DNA from: an uncultured Pseudomonadota bacterium
GTDB taxonomy: Bacteria; Babelota; Babeliae; Babelales; RVW-14
Assembly (NCBI GenBank): GCA_964354855.1
Contig: CAYHBO010000001.1
Location: 31,045 to 95,044 of the forward strand
Reading direction: 5' to 3'
DNA: 64,000 bases
The notes below the pieces were generated by a model. The model ran no database searches and was not told where the DNA came from. It saw only the letters and a list, made by a program, of their open reading frames with translations. Below are positions 1 through 9,664 of the stretch, one piece after another (position 1 is the first letter of the stretch; every line of letters begins with the position of its first letter). The translations under genes and the position numbers were made by a program.

Positions 1-97
1 GTTACTATGTGGCGAAAATCGACGATGACCTCGTTGCATAGAATAAACCTGTGCCTGCACAAGAACCAATATTATAAGAAAAAATAGATAATTTGTC

Positions 98-568
98 CTA
101 CGCTGCATTCGGAACCGATTTAAACAATTGAGAAAACTTATGATCTTGAATCGCTTTACAACAAAGGCTTTCTAATGCAATCAAATCACAAATAGAAAAC
201 GGAACTTCGGGGCCCCTTTGAGTATCTTTTGCACGAAACTGATACGTTTTTTCGTCTTTTGAATCGACTACTCCATACTTACCCAACTCATTTACTGCTA
301 CTTTTATAACAACAAAAACACGTTCATTGTTCTCTTCCTCATGTTTAGCTAAACATGATTTCCACCCACTCTCTTCAATAAAAATTATTGAATCTTTTTC
401 TTCTCCAAAAGGCTCCAAATACCCTCTAGTTTCATAAATCTCAATAATTTTTTTAGGAAGAATTTTGTAAAGACATTCTGGGAATTCTGCTCTAGGCTGC
501 ATAGCAATCAATCCCGATCGCATGACAAATAATAAACAAAAACCTAACATTAATTTTTTAATCTTCAT
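98..568 (-). CDS. secreted hypothetical protein carrying the MKIK...AMQP leader
   Basis: 156-aa ORF. The N-terminus MKIKKLMLGFCLLFVMRSGLIAMQP has a basic n-region, a hydrophobic core and an AMQ junction, as in the 32.9-37.3 kb array. No domain recognised. Confidence 0.5.
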   Translation of the reverse strand: MKIKKLMLGFCLLFVMRSGLIAMQPRAEFPECLYKILPKKIIEIYETRGYLEPFGEEKDSIIFIEESGWKSCLAKHEEENNERVFVVIKVAVNELGKYGVVDSKDEKTYQFRAKDTQRGPEVPFSICDLIALESLCCKAIQDHKFSQLFKSVPNAA

Positions 569-966
569 CGAATAAACCCTTCATAACAAAATCGCTTAGG
601 AATCCAATATCCCTTAAGAAAATAAGCAACTCTTCCTAATGTATCTAGCTCGTATTCCAAAGAACACCCAACAGATTTCATCTCTTTTAATGACACTAAA
701 TATCGGCTTTCTTTCCAGTGGACACTTTCTTGTTCTGTGTACAGGCGTGTACGTCCACCAATGATGTAAACATCATACTCAAGCGCTGAATGTGACGGGA
801 TAAACGTCACTCCATTAGGATTATCACAAACAAGAACATCTCGCGCCTTGCCATTAATTTCGTTTTTGAACTGAATCCACACTGGAACCTTAGTTGCTTT
901 AATGTAAAGCAAAGGCAGATCTTGGTACTGCATCGCAACCAACCCATCTTGAGCCCCAACCAGCAA
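565..966 (-). CDS. hypothetical protein, possibly a pseudogene with an interrupted leader
   Basis: 133-aa ORF from a TTG start. Directly upstream and in frame is GTG-H-K-I-L-M-I-I-TGA (967-993), so the family-type leader ...LLVGAQDGLVAMQ is split by a stop codon. The 4-nt overlap with the downstream ORF suggests an operon. Confidence 0.4.
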   Translation of the reverse strand: MLVGAQDGLVAMQYQDLPLLYIKATKVPVWIQFKNEINGKARDVLVCDNPNGVTFIPSHSALEYDVYIIGGRTRLYTEQESVHWKESRYLVSLKEMKSVGCSLEYELDTLGRVAYFLKGYWIPKRFCYEGFIR

Positions 967-1002
967 TCAAATAATCATCAAAATTTTATGCACACCTTAC
1001 AT

Positions 1003-1428
1003 TTAAACTCCCTTGTAACCCATATCTTTTGTTATAAGAGAAAAATCTTGAAGCGAGATAATAAAGCAACCGCGGCGAAATGGGAAGCCCCAGTGCTGCT
1101 TATTTTTTATAAAGGTTAATTCATTAATCAATGGTTCGATAGAAATGTCCTTAATTTTCTTGAATGCTACGTCACGTCGCCAGGGAATAAAATCATCACT
1201 CATCTTGAATTGATAAGGCTCACCTTCTTGCACTTGTCCCAATGCGGTAAATTTTCGGTACGGCGTTTTTTCACCAAAAATTTCTACGGGAGAGTAGTAC
1301 AAAACCCAGTCTCCTGGCTTGATTCGTTGCAAGGGGCCACATTTACCATGGCACACTTGCATGATGCCCGCCTTAACCCCAAGTCGCACATGTTCGCGAC
1401 TTGCAACCGCTATCCAATAAGACGTCAT
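1003..1428 (-). CDS. EVE (PUA-like) domain protein
   Basis: 141 aa. YWIAVASREHV...GIMQVCHGK...IKPGDWVLYYSP matches the typical N-terminal pattern of the EVE/DUF55 family. Confidence 0.7.
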   Translation of the reverse strand: MTSYWIAVASREHVRLGVKAGIMQVCHGKCGPLQRIKPGDWVLYYSPVEIFGEKTPYRKFTALGQVQEGEPYQFKMSDDFIPWRRDVAFKKIKDISIEPLINELTFIKNKQHWGFPFRRGCFIISLQDFSLITKDMGYKGV

Positions 1429-1796
1429 ACAGGCTCCTCAGGCCAAAACACTCTAATGCGGTGTCCATCTGGATCAAGCGCAACAAAAGTACGCCCGGCT
1501 TCATCAGTTGTTGGTTCTTGCGCCATTGAAATACCAAGGCCACGCCATTTACGATATGTATCGTCGACCTCTTTTTCAGCAAACGCAATCTCACTTGCTC
1601 CTGGAAGCCCGGTAACTTTTGGCATCGCAGTAACCGCTGACCACAAGCCAAGGCTTATCCCATTAGGCATCGTAAACATCACGAATGTTGCTGATTCCTG
1701 TGTCGGCTCAAGATTTAAAAGACGCGCATAAAAGTCACCACTGATTAATGGATCTTTTACAAACAAAATAACAAAGTTAAGTGATTGAACTGACAT
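1425..1796 (-). CDS. VOC (glyoxalase/bleomycin-resistance) family protein
   Basis: 123 aa. FVILFVKD...FY..LL and FVALDPDGHRIRVF are typical VOC beta-alpha-beta-beta-beta module motifs. Overlaps the EVE gene by 4 nt. Confidence 0.7.
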   Translation of the reverse strand: MSVQSLNFVILFVKDPLISGDFYARLLNLEPTQESATFVMFTMPNGISLGLWSAVTAMPKVTGLPGASEIAFAEKEVDDTYRKWRGLGISMAQEPTTDEAGRTFVALDPDGHRIRVFWPEEPV

Positions 1797-1865
1797 AACA
1801 AGCCTTTCATTTTAGTAGTTATTAATATTATATGTATACATACTATAATAATGGATTTTGAGAAT

Positions 1866-1930
1866 TACGTCAAATGGGGCGCTTAGCCGCTCGTACCCCT
1901 CTACTCACTCGTTCCATCGGGGCGAACGGC
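1866..1930. repeat. PE2 GC-rich element (left module), intergenic
   Basis: ...CCCCTCTACTCACTCGTTCCATCGGGGCGAACGGC matches 20842-20890 and the reverse complement of 8490-8536. Confidence 0.7.
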
Positions 1931-2017
1931 ATTTTAAAAAAGGCCCCCTTCTTTTTTTATGCATATATGCTAAAATGCAACCCTAGCGTTATATAATCAC
2001 AAAACAAAGGAGCCTCC

Positions 2018-2677
2018 ATGAAGAAATTATTAACCCTACCTTTTCTCCTCTCATCATTACACGCACATACATTAACTCTTAACCCGACCGACACAAAGCC
2101 AACAAAAATTGACCCTCTTTCAAAAATCACCGTAACCAGCAAGAAAGCAATTGGAAAAAAAGACAAAGACTGCAAATCAGCTTTCAGCTTTAGTTATCAA
2201 GGGGATGTAAAAACAACTTTTGCTGACGGCAGCACTATAACCTCTGATCAACTTGATATCGCCATTGATAAAGATGCTATCTCCACAAATAATGTTGTTT
2301 CTTCTCTTACCAAAGAAATTAAGCATGATGCTACATCACAACTTAAAAAAGTTTCTTTTTTACGCAACGTATCCATCAAACATAACAAGCAAGTTATCTT
2401 AGCTGATCGTGTCGAACTAGATCCACAAAGACGCTGTTGTATACTTCAAGGAAATGTCTCGGTTACTCAAAGTAAAACAAAGGCATCCGATGTTCCTATC
2501 AGTTTAAAAAGCGACCAAGCGGTTTTATCACTTGATTCAGGCACCGTTACCTTTTTGGGTTCAAGCATGAAGCCAGTAAGTACCGTCATCAACGTAACCG
2601 ATGTTAAAATTTTTGATAAATTAGATAAGCCAAAGAAAAAAAAGCGTGAACAAAATACATCTCCTACCCGCGCATGA
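2018..2677 (+). CDS. periplasmic LptA/OstA-like protein (tentative)
   Basis: Signal peptide MKKLLTLPFLLSSLHA. ILADRVELD....CILQGNVSVTQ resembles the OstA/LptA beta-jellyroll repeat. Lys-rich tail. Confidence 0.4.
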   Translation: MKKLLTLPFLLSSLHAHTLTLNPTDTKPTKIDPLSKITVTSKKAIGKKDKDCKSAFSFSYQGDVKTTFADGSTITSDQLDIAIDKDAISTNNVVSSLTKEIKHDATSQLKKVSFLRNVSIKHNKQVILADRVELDPQRRCCILQGNVSVTQSKTKASDVPISLKSDQAVLSLDSGTVTFLGSSMKPVSTVINVTDVKIFDKLDKPKKKKREQNTSPTRA

Positions 2678-4577
2678 AGCTCAGAAGATTGCTGCAGGGG
2701 AAGTTATTGAACGGCCCGCACATATCATAAAAGAGCTTCTTGAAAATGCGCTGGATGCAGGCGCCACTAAAATTGATATTTATCTTGAACAAGCCGGAAA
2801 AAAACTTATTCGCATTGTTGATAACGGATCTGGCATGTCACCTGATGACGCTCGTCTCTGTTTTGTTAAACATGCTACCAGTAAAGTTACCTCGCTAGAT
2901 GATCTTGAACATATTAGCTCATTTGGCTTTCGTGGGGAGGCGCTTGCAAGTATTGCTGCCGTCAGCAGAACGACCCTTAAAACTAACACAAACAACACTG
3001 ACGGCAACACTTCTCTAGGCATTGAAATTGATTATGAACAAGGCAACATCATTCGCGAACAAGCCATCGCTTATCAAACTGGCACTGAATTTATCGTTCA
3101 AGATCTTTTTTACAACATGCCAGCTCGACGAAAATTTTTACGACAAGATGAAACTGAAATTAACCAGGTAAACCAACTCATTAATGCGGCCAGCTTAAGT
3201 CATCTCAATGTGAATTTTCGATTTTATGTTGATAATAAACTGGTCCTCAATGCTCCTGCGAACAACAACCTTTCTGAACGCATTACGCAGCTCTGGGGAT
3301 ACAACACGGCACAAAATTTGGTGCCCATGCTCTCACCGCTCATCCTGAGGAGCCCGCAGGGCGTCTCGAAGGATAACAAGCATTCCTGGGTATCCATCAC
3401 TGGCGCCGTATCACAAAACAGTTTTTGGCGTCACGGACGTGACCGTATTTTCTTTTTTGTTAACAATCGTTGGATTAAAAACAATGAGCTAAGTAAAGCC
3501 GTTTTAAAAGGCTACGCAAATGCATTGCCTCCAGCAAAATTTCCTATGGCGTTTATTTTTATCACCATCGATCCAAGTTATGTTGATATCAACGTACACC
3601 CTAAAAAAGAAGAAGTTAGATTTCTAAAACCTGGGATCATTGAAACACTTTTACAAAAATCCGTACAACAGGCACTTGAGAATCAAATCACACAATTACT
3701 AAGCGCAAGCACACAAGAATTTATTCCCGCACCTGAACCTATTTTTTCAGGTCAAAAAAGCACTTCTATGCCTCGAGAATTTTCACCAAGCTTCCCTGGA
3801 TTTTCAATGCCGTCTTTTTTTAGACAGCCGCAAGAAGTTGAACCTAATAAGGCCGCCATGACTCAAAACGATACGCTCCTAACCACGAACGACGATAAAC
3901 AAATTTTCCAAAATAATCCCAAAGAAGTAGAAAAAACGCACAAACAAGACCCACTCGTCCCAAGAAGCCAACAGGGCATCTCGAAAGATTTGAGCAACCC
4001 GACCTACACCATCATGGGACAACTTTTCAACACCTACATCGTTTTAGAAAAAACTGACGAATGCATCATTATTGATCAGCACGCGGCCCATGAGCGCATT
4101 TTGTATGAACAATGGAAAAGTAATTTTGAAGGATTAGAAGGGATCAGCTTACTGTTTCCAGAAGTTATCACGATCCCAGAACACCAGGTTGCCATGATCA
4201 TGCAAGCACAAGATATTTTTGCAAAACTTGGCATTACCTTAGAGCAATTCGGCAAACAAGAACTGATCATTAAATCATCGCCACCAAAAATTCAAGGCAC
4301 CAACTTAAGTAACACCATTAAAGAAGCAGCAATTTTTATTGAAGAACACAACACTCTTGATGAAAATGATCTTCGCAAAAAACTTTATGAACACATACAT
4401 AGCCATATGGCTTGCAAAGCAGCGGTGCGCGCGGGCGACACCCTTACTCCCAGCATGATCAAACAACTCATTAACGATTTATTAACCGTCGAAAATCGCT
4501 TCCAATGCGTCCACGGTCGTCCGACCATGTGGACAATCACTAAGCTTGAATTTGAAAAAAAATTCAGGCGCTGTTAA
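2646..4577 (+). CDS. mutL: DNA mismatch repair protein MutL (endonuclease type)
   Basis: GTG start. GHKL ATPase motifs are present (AAGEVIERPAHIIKELLENALDAG, DNGSGM, GFRGEALASI). The C-terminal region has DQHAAHERILYE, ACKAAVRAGD and QCVHGRPT. Carries two in-frame PE2 repeat insertions. Confidence 0.95.
   Translation: MNKIHLLPAHEAQKIAAGEVIERPAHIIKELLENALDAGATKIDIYLEQAGKKLIRIVDNGSGMSPDDARLCFVKHATSKVTSLDDLEHISSFGFRGEALASIAAVSRTTLKTNTNNTDGNTSLGIEIDYEQGNIIREQAIAYQTGTEFIVQDLFYNMPARRKFLRQDETEINQVNQLINAASLSHLNVNFRFYVDNKLVLNAPANNNLSERITQLWGYNTAQNLVPMLSPLILRSPQGVSKDNKHSWVSITGAVSQNSFWRHGRDRIFFFVNNRWIKNNELSKAVLKGYANALPPAKFPMAFIFITIDPSYVDINVHPKKEEVRFLKPGIIETLLQKSVQQALENQITQLLSASTQEFIPAPEPIFSGQKSTSMPREFSPSFPGFSMPSFFRQPQEVEPNKAAMTQNDTLLTTNDDKQIFQNNPKEVEKTHKQDPLVPRSQQGISKDLSNPTYTIMGQLFNTYIVLEKTDECIIIDQHAAHERILYEQWKSNFEGLEGISLLFPEVITIPEHQVAMIMQAQDIFAKLGITLEQFGKQELIIKSSPPKIQGTNLSNTIKEAAIFIEEHNTLDENDLRKKLYEHIHSHMACKAAVRAGDTLTPSMIKQLINDLLTVENRFQCVHGRPTMWTITKLEFEKKFRRC
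3338..3374 (+). repeat. PE2 element (right module) in frame in mutL
   Basis: GCTCATCCTGAGGAGCCCGCAGGGCGTCTCGAAGGAT, giving peptide LILRSPQGVSKD. Confidence 0.8.
3952..3989 (+). repeat. PE2 element (right module, diverged) in frame in mutL
   Basis: CACTCGTCCCAAGAAGCCAACAGGGCATCTCGAAAGAT, giving peptide LVPRSQQGISKD. Confidence 0.7.
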
Positions 4578-4646
4578 ACAAATTTCTTGTAAATTAACTG
4601 CCCCATTGCTTATACCAAGAACAAACCTTTAATAAAAAGAAAAATC

Positions 4647-5594
4647 ATGAGACATTTTATGCTATTTATTTTGTTTTTTTTAAATTATTGTTTTGTGGAA
4701 AATATAAACACCATGCAGCCAAACAACCCATTAGAAACAACAGCTCAACAAAATCCACAAAGATCCTGTATGGAGTTATTTCAAGCAATATCAAATAGAA
4801 ATGAATCAGAATGCTTGAGAATCATTGCTCGCCTTAATCATATTTTAATTACATGGCCTGATGAATATGGCTGCAAACCAATGCACTATGCAGCTTGTTT
4901 CTTGCCAGAACAATCTGCTTTGAAAGTAATAAAAGCACTTATTGATCGCGGAGAAAACTGTAATTCTACGGATAATAGTCAAAAAACACCCGCTCATTAT
5001 GCCATGGAAACAGGAAAATTTAATTTAGTTAAATATCTTGTTAAAGAAATGCGAACATTTCTAATTAAAGATTCGAATGGAAACTCCTTAATGGATATTG
5101 CCAGAAAAACAAATAACAACGACATGCTTACCTATTTTCAAAATCTTTATGATGAAATAGGCCTTACTTGTGCAACTGGACTATTTCCTTATGGCTTCTT
5201 TTTTAAATTTCAAAATATAGCGTATTTTTATACTGATCTTTATTGTGGACTAACATGGCGAATTAAGAATTATCTAGATCAATTTCCCGAACACGTAAAT
5301 ATTACAATCGGAGAAACTCAACGAACCCCTCTTCATTATATAGCAATGGCATCCAAAAACATTGTACAAGAAGATCTTGCAATAGAAATAATTGAATATC
5401 TCCTTTTAAAAGGCGCAAATCCAAGAATTCAAGACGCACAAAGAAGAACCCCTATGCACTATGCCGCAGAAAACGGCAGTCTTGTTCTTATGATTATTCT
5501 TGCAACAGACGAAAGCGATCTTGATACTCCTGATCATAATCAAGAAACTCCTACAAGTATTTCCGTGCGATGTAAATTTATTAATACTCCCTAA
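4647..5594 (+). CDS. secreted ankyrin-repeat protein
   Basis: Leader ends ...NTMQP. ANK motifs include GCKPMHYAA, KTPAHYAMETGKFNLVKYLV and RTPMHYAAENGSLVLMIIL...GANP. Confidence 0.8.
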   Translation: MRHFMLFILFFLNYCFVENINTMQPNNPLETTAQQNPQRSCMELFQAISNRNESECLRIIARLNHILITWPDEYGCKPMHYAACFLPEQSALKVIKALIDRGENCNSTDNSQKTPAHYAMETGKFNLVKYLVKEMRTFLIKDSNGNSLMDIARKTNNNDMLTYFQNLYDEIGLTCATGLFPYGFFFKFQNIAYFYTDLYCGLTWRIKNYLDQFPEHVNITIGETQRTPLHYIAMASKNIVQEDLAIEIIEYLLLKGANPRIQDAQRRTPMHYAAENGSLVLMIILATDESDLDTPDHNQETPTSISVRCKFINTP

Positions 5595-5640
5595 CAATCT
5601 GACTATTTACTCCAGTCCGTATCAATGAAATCGTAGCTAT

Positions 5641-5860
5641 AAAGTTATCGGTACTAGTAATACTTACAATTTCATGCTGAAGCGACACAGTTGAAATCGA
5701 AACAAGAATTGCATCAGCCAAGAAACAGAAAAGTTCAAAAATATAATATGCTTTACTAATAATGAGTCCAACATGTTTTTCTGATTGCGTCCAATGCTCA
5801 GTAGTAAGGTGGAAATCTTAGAATTTGTGATGAAAATAGCGATTCTCCTGTTGGTATCAT
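5641..5860 (-). pseudogene. degenerate fragment of the Gfo/Idh/MocA C-terminal region of the 7469-9655 oxidoreductase
   Basis: DNA similarity to 7821-8030 is visible by eye. Example: tttttctgattgcgtccaatgctcagtagtaaggtgg versus cttttctgactgcgtccaatgctcagtagtaagatagcc. The reading frame is broken. Confidence 0.55.
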
Positions 5861-5890
5861 GATGTGGCTTGAAATGAGACAAGATGAAGA

Positions 5891-6724
5891 TTAAGGCTTT
5901 GTCTCCGTTAATTCAGCCTTAAAATAATCCCATGGGAATGCGTCTATTAATTTTTTCTTATCAATAAATCCAGGAGGCTCTCCTCCCATTTGCAACGCAT
6001 CTTGCACCGAGGTTGCATAACGAAAGTTTGGCCTGCCGGTAGATTCATAGTAATCTTGATACTTTAGCAATGGCTCAATCCAGGTCATTTTCAGTAATCG
6101 AGCAGGGATTCCAAATGATTCAGCAACAATAATGCCATGAAGCGAGCTAGAGATGACAAACTTGCTTTGTGTTATTTTTTTTATAATCTCATCCCATGAC
6201 CAGACAGGATACACAACATTTTTATACGAGCTAAAACAATCCATCTCTCCTATGTTTGGAATGATAATGTAATCATACACAGGTTTTACATTCTTAAATT
6301 CTGGAAATAAATCTGCCATTAATACCGCTGGATCACCATACACTTCGGGGCAATCTATTCCCATCTCGAGAAGGAATGCTCGCGTTCGAGGTCCTCTAAC
6401 AGCTCGAATATTAAGACGAGTAAATCTATTTTCTAATAAAGGATTTTCTCGAAATCCACTACCCCAAATAACATCGTCATTACGCGCAAAATGCAAAATT
6501 GACCCTGCCGCTAACAATGTGTTTTGGCCTTTATTCAATGTTAAATTATTATGCTCAAGCGGATAACCAACAATTTTTTCTACAATTACTCTAGATAATT
6601 CATCACCAAAATTAATACTTCCACGATCTGTCTTCCACCAAAACATACTTTTTTCTAATGAAAAACAAGGTAAAGAGATCGTAATCAACATACCAAAGAC
6701 AATGCCTCTATTTTTAGTCTTCAT
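5891..6724 (-). CDS. polysaccharide pyruvyl transferase family protein
   Basis: 277 aa. INFGDELS near the N-terminus and SSSLHGIIVAESFGIPA near the C-terminus resemble PF04230-type pyruvyl transferases. Confidence 0.6.
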   Translation of the reverse strand: MKTKNRGIVFGMLITISLPCFSLEKSMFWWKTDRGSINFGDELSRVIVEKIVGYPLEHNNLTLNKGQNTLLAAGSILHFARNDDVIWGSGFRENPLLENRFTRLNIRAVRGPRTRAFLLEMGIDCPEVYGDPAVLMADLFPEFKNVKPVYDYIIIPNIGEMDCFSSYKNVVYPVWSWDEIIKKITQSKFVISSSLHGIIVAESFGIPARLLKMTWIEPLLKYQDYYESTGRPNFRYATSVQDALQMGGEPPGFIDKKKLIDAFPWDYFKAELTETKP

Positions 6725-6744
6725 AGACCTCTCATTCGTGATTT

Positions 6745-7461
6745 TTAACTACTTATTAATTTTTGTGCATTCTTACTTCGTTGTTCGTCTTTGCGAAAAA
6801 GAAAATAACTCGCCGAAGAGGAAAACGAAGATATGAGCTCAGTTCTTTCTAATAAAAAAACTAATGTCTTTTTCATACTCCACGAATTTGGATCGTTAAG
6901 TAATATATATCCACCATTTTTTACTTTAAAAAAATAAGTCGTCGCATCTTGATAAAGGGTCGTTTCATTTTTACTTCCATCAAAGTGAATAAAATCTATG
7001 GTTTCATCTTCAAACAAATGAATGGCCGTTTGTGATGTCTGCCTTACTAAAGAACCGTATTGATTCAATTTATTTTGATTAAGTAATAAGATTGCTTGCC
7101 GATAGAAATGCTCATAATCCAAGCTATTCCACCAAGCATGATTGGGATCATTAACATTAAACCCCTTAATCGCTTCTTGAGCACTCCAAGCATCAATACC
7201 AAAAGCATACCCTGCACCATTATACTGCAATGTTTTAATGATAGGGAACAATGACTTTCCCGAAAAAGTTCCAATTTCAACACAGTACCGTAACTGTTTT
7301 TCTTTTATCAAGTCCATCATCAATCCAGCCTTCTCTGGAGAACACCATCCAGAAATATTTTCTATTTTCACGACAACTTCATCTTTAAAAGATTGCCAAT
7401 CACCTTGTGCTATCAAAGACAACGTTGTTACAGATAAAACAAATGAAATTAATTTAATCAT
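6745..7461 (-). CDS. class I SAM-dependent methyltransferase (O-methyltransferase-like) with N-terminal hydrophobic leader
   Basis: CVEIGTFSGKS (motif I-like) and IDFIHFDG. The start is placed at the internal ATG (MIKLISFVL...) to avoid overlap with the upstream gene. Confidence 0.6.
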   Translation of the reverse strand: MIKLISFVLSVTTLSLIAQGDWQSFKDEVVVKIENISGWCSPEKAGLMMDLIKEKQLRYCVEIGTFSGKSLFPIIKTLQYNGAGYAFGIDAWSAQEAIKGFNVNDPNHAWWNSLDYEHFYRQAILLLNQNKLNQYGSLVRQTSQTAIHLFEDETIDFIHFDGSKNETTLYQDATTYFFKVKNGGYILLNDPNSWSMKKTLVFLLERTELISSFSSSASYFLFRKDEQRSKNAQKLISS

Positions 7462-7468
7462 ACAATTT

Positions 7469-9655
7469 TTACCCCAAAAAGGCCTGGTTGCCGCCTCCAT
7501 TTAGTACTAACTTATTTACCGTTAGCGTCAATTCAGTAGTTATCAATAAACGCTCATATGATACCTGAGGCTTAACGTCTTTGTTTTTTACTTCTTTAAA
7601 AAATGCCCTTAATAAATGTTCATGTCCTTTGTTAGGACTGCTTGTCTTAAGATTATCTGCAACAGCAATACCATAGCCCCGTAGTTCACGATAATCATCC
7701 ATCGTGATCGACTTGCCATCAAAAAAAATTTCCATATATTCTTTATTCATACTCGATGAGCCAGTCGAAGTAAACGTCAACGTACACACAGAACCATCAG
7801 ACATTTGCACCGTGGCAATAAAATTATCGGTACACGCAATACTCGCGATATTATGTTGTAATGGAATGGCCGAAACTGACACTGGCACTGCATCAGTTAA
7901 GAAACAAAAAAGCTCAAAGATATGACACGCTTCACCAATAATGCGCCCACCATGCTTTTCTGACTGCGTCCAATGCTCAGTAGTAAGATAGCCGACATTC
8001 ATCCGATAATTGATCATCAACGGCGTTGTTCTTTGAGTAATAAGTTTTTTGGTATGCACCATGAAGGGTGCCCATGATCGGTTAAAATCAACTGATAATA
8101 AACTTTGTGGATTATTAGCTAAGCAATTTTTTAATTGCTTAAGCTGCTCGAAATTTACGACGGCAGGTTTTTCGGCAAAAACTGCTTTACCATACTCAAG
8201 AAATTTTATGATTTGTTCGCTATGAAAATAGTGAGGCGTTGCTATGACTACGGCATGAATATCAGGATTATCTAACAACTGTTCATAAGTTGTACTTACG
8301 TTTTGGATTTTGTACTGGCGAGATGCATTGATTGCAACACTATTCACCGTATCAACCACTGTATGTAATGAAACATTTTTAATCGATGACAGTATCGGCA
8401 GTAACTTAACTTTACAAAAACCACCGGCGCCGATAACGGCAACATTGATAGTGGAATGTCCTTCGACAGGTTCAGGATGAGCGGGATAGTAAGTAATGTC
8501 GTTGCGCCCCGATGGAGCGAGTGAGTAGAGGGGAGCTATGGCATCCTTATACCTCAATACAATTCCTAAACTCTGCTGCGTCTGCAACTTTTCATAAGCA
8601 AGATCAGCCTGCTCAAAAGAAAATTCATGTTGAATCAGCGGCTCAATAGAAACTTTACCATCTTCAACTAATCGGGCAAAAAGTTCCATGTTACGATTCT
8701 CCGTCCAACGAACATAGGCATACGGATAATCATTTCCTTCACGCTCATAAGTCGCATCATAACGACCAGGTCCGTAAGAACATGAAATCAGCAGATCGAT
8801 TTCTTTGGTGTAAAACTGCTCACGATCAAAATCAAGTTTCACATCACCAACAATTACTACCTTACCTTTGCGGCGCGTAACCTGCATCGCGTCATTAATC
8901 AAATCACCCGTGCTACTTGCAGCGGTAATAATAACCGTATCAACCCCCTGATGACTTGTTGCGAACGCAATGCTCTTACGCCAATCTTCTTGTTTAGGAT
9001 TAAAAACATAATCGGCTCCAAACTTTTTAGCGAGCCCTATACGACTATCTTGTACATCAACACCAAAGACCCGCGCACCAGAAAGCTTACAAAGTTGAAC
9101 CGTAAGCTGACCTAAAAGCCCGAGCCCAACTACGCACACATTTTCACCAAGCTCAACATGCGCACGACGAACGGCTTGCATCGCAATCGCCCCAATGGTA
9201 GTAATGCTGGCATCTTTTAATGAAGCCTCATGATTAAGTTTAACCATAAGATTTTCCGGAACGACTACAACTTGCGCATGATTTGCGCTGCCGGATCCCC
9301 CACAAGCCACAAAATCTCCAACATGAAATCGCGTAACTCTAACCCCTACACCAATCACTACCCCTGAACAGGAATAACCAACTGGCAACACTTGAGTCAT
9401 AGAGCCTTTAATGAGTGACGTAGTCCCCTGCAGACCATTTTCTTTAAGCGAACCAAGAACTTTAGTCGTACTTTGACTTATGTTTGAAACAAACTTTTGA
9501 TAAATATTTTTACCAGAATTCGTAACGGTTGCATACTCGGTTCCACTGCTGATAAATGAATAATGAACTTCAACAAGAACTTCTTTTTCCCCAAGAAGGG
9601 GAATGTCTGTATCGAATAATTGCGCTTTCCCGGCCTGCAAAAAAACCTGTTTCAT
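7469..9655 (-). CDS. bi-domain oxidoreductase (MDR zinc-ADH-like N-terminus plus Gfo/Idh/MocA C-terminus)
   Basis: The N-terminal half has an MDR fold (GDFVACGG...VVGLGLLG). The C-terminal half has INVAVIGAGGF plus a Gfo/Idh/MocA C-terminal region. A PE2 repeat is inserted in frame at the domain junction (APSGRN...AHPEPVEGHS). Start could be TTG at 9664. Confidence 0.8.
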   Translation of the reverse strand: MKQVFLQAGKAQLFDTDIPLLGEKEVLVEVHYSFISSGTEYATVTNSGKNIYQKFVSNISQSTTKVLGSLKENGLQGTTSLIKGSMTQVLPVGYSCSGVVIGVGVRVTRFHVGDFVACGGSGSANHAQVVVVPENLMVKLNHEASLKDASITTIGAIAMQAVRRAHVELGENVCVVGLGLLGQLTVQLCKLSGARVFGVDVQDSRIGLAKKFGADYVFNPKQEDWRKSIAFATSHQGVDTVIITAASSTGDLINDAMQVTRRKGKVVIVGDVKLDFDREQFYTKEIDLLISCSYGPGRYDATYEREGNDYPYAYVRWTENRNMELFARLVEDGKVSIEPLIQHEFSFEQADLAYEKLQTQQSLGIVLRYKDAIAPLYSLAPSGRNDITYYPAHPEPVEGHSTINVAVIGAGGFCKVKLLPILSSIKNVSLHTVVDTVNSVAINASRQYKIQNVSTTYEQLLDNPDIHAVVIATPHYFHSEQIIKFLEYGKAVFAEKPAVVNFEQLKQLKNCLANNPQSLLSVDFNRSWAPFMVHTKKLITQRTTPLMINYRMNVGYLTTEHWTQSEKHGGRIIGEACHIFELFCFLTDAVPVSVSAIPLQHNIASIACTDNFIATVQMSDGSVCTLTFTSTGSSSMNKEYMEIFFDGKSITMDDYRELRGYGIAVADNLKTSSPNKGHEHLLRAFFKEVKNKDVKPQVSYERLLITTELTLTVNKLVLNGGGNQAFLG
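8458..8536 (-). repeat. PE2 composite element in frame in the bi-domain oxidoreductase
   Basis: The reverse complement reads GCTCCCCTCTACTCACTCGCTCCATCGGGGCGCAACG...CGCTCATCCTGAACCTGTCGAAGGAC. Confidence 0.8.
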
Positions 9656-9664
9656 AAACAACAA

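Noticed and set aside
1-97. Possible start of a minus-strand gene (ATG at 37-39 reading out of the window)
   Set aside because: Only about 13 codons are visible, which is too little sequence to support a call.
1210-1731. 173-aa and 92-aa ORFs (1210-1731 plus strand, 1373-1651 minus strand) overlapping the EVE and VOC genes
   Set aside because: They lie antisense or out of frame within two ORFs that have clear family motifs. They have no motifs of their own and are most likely shadow ORFs.
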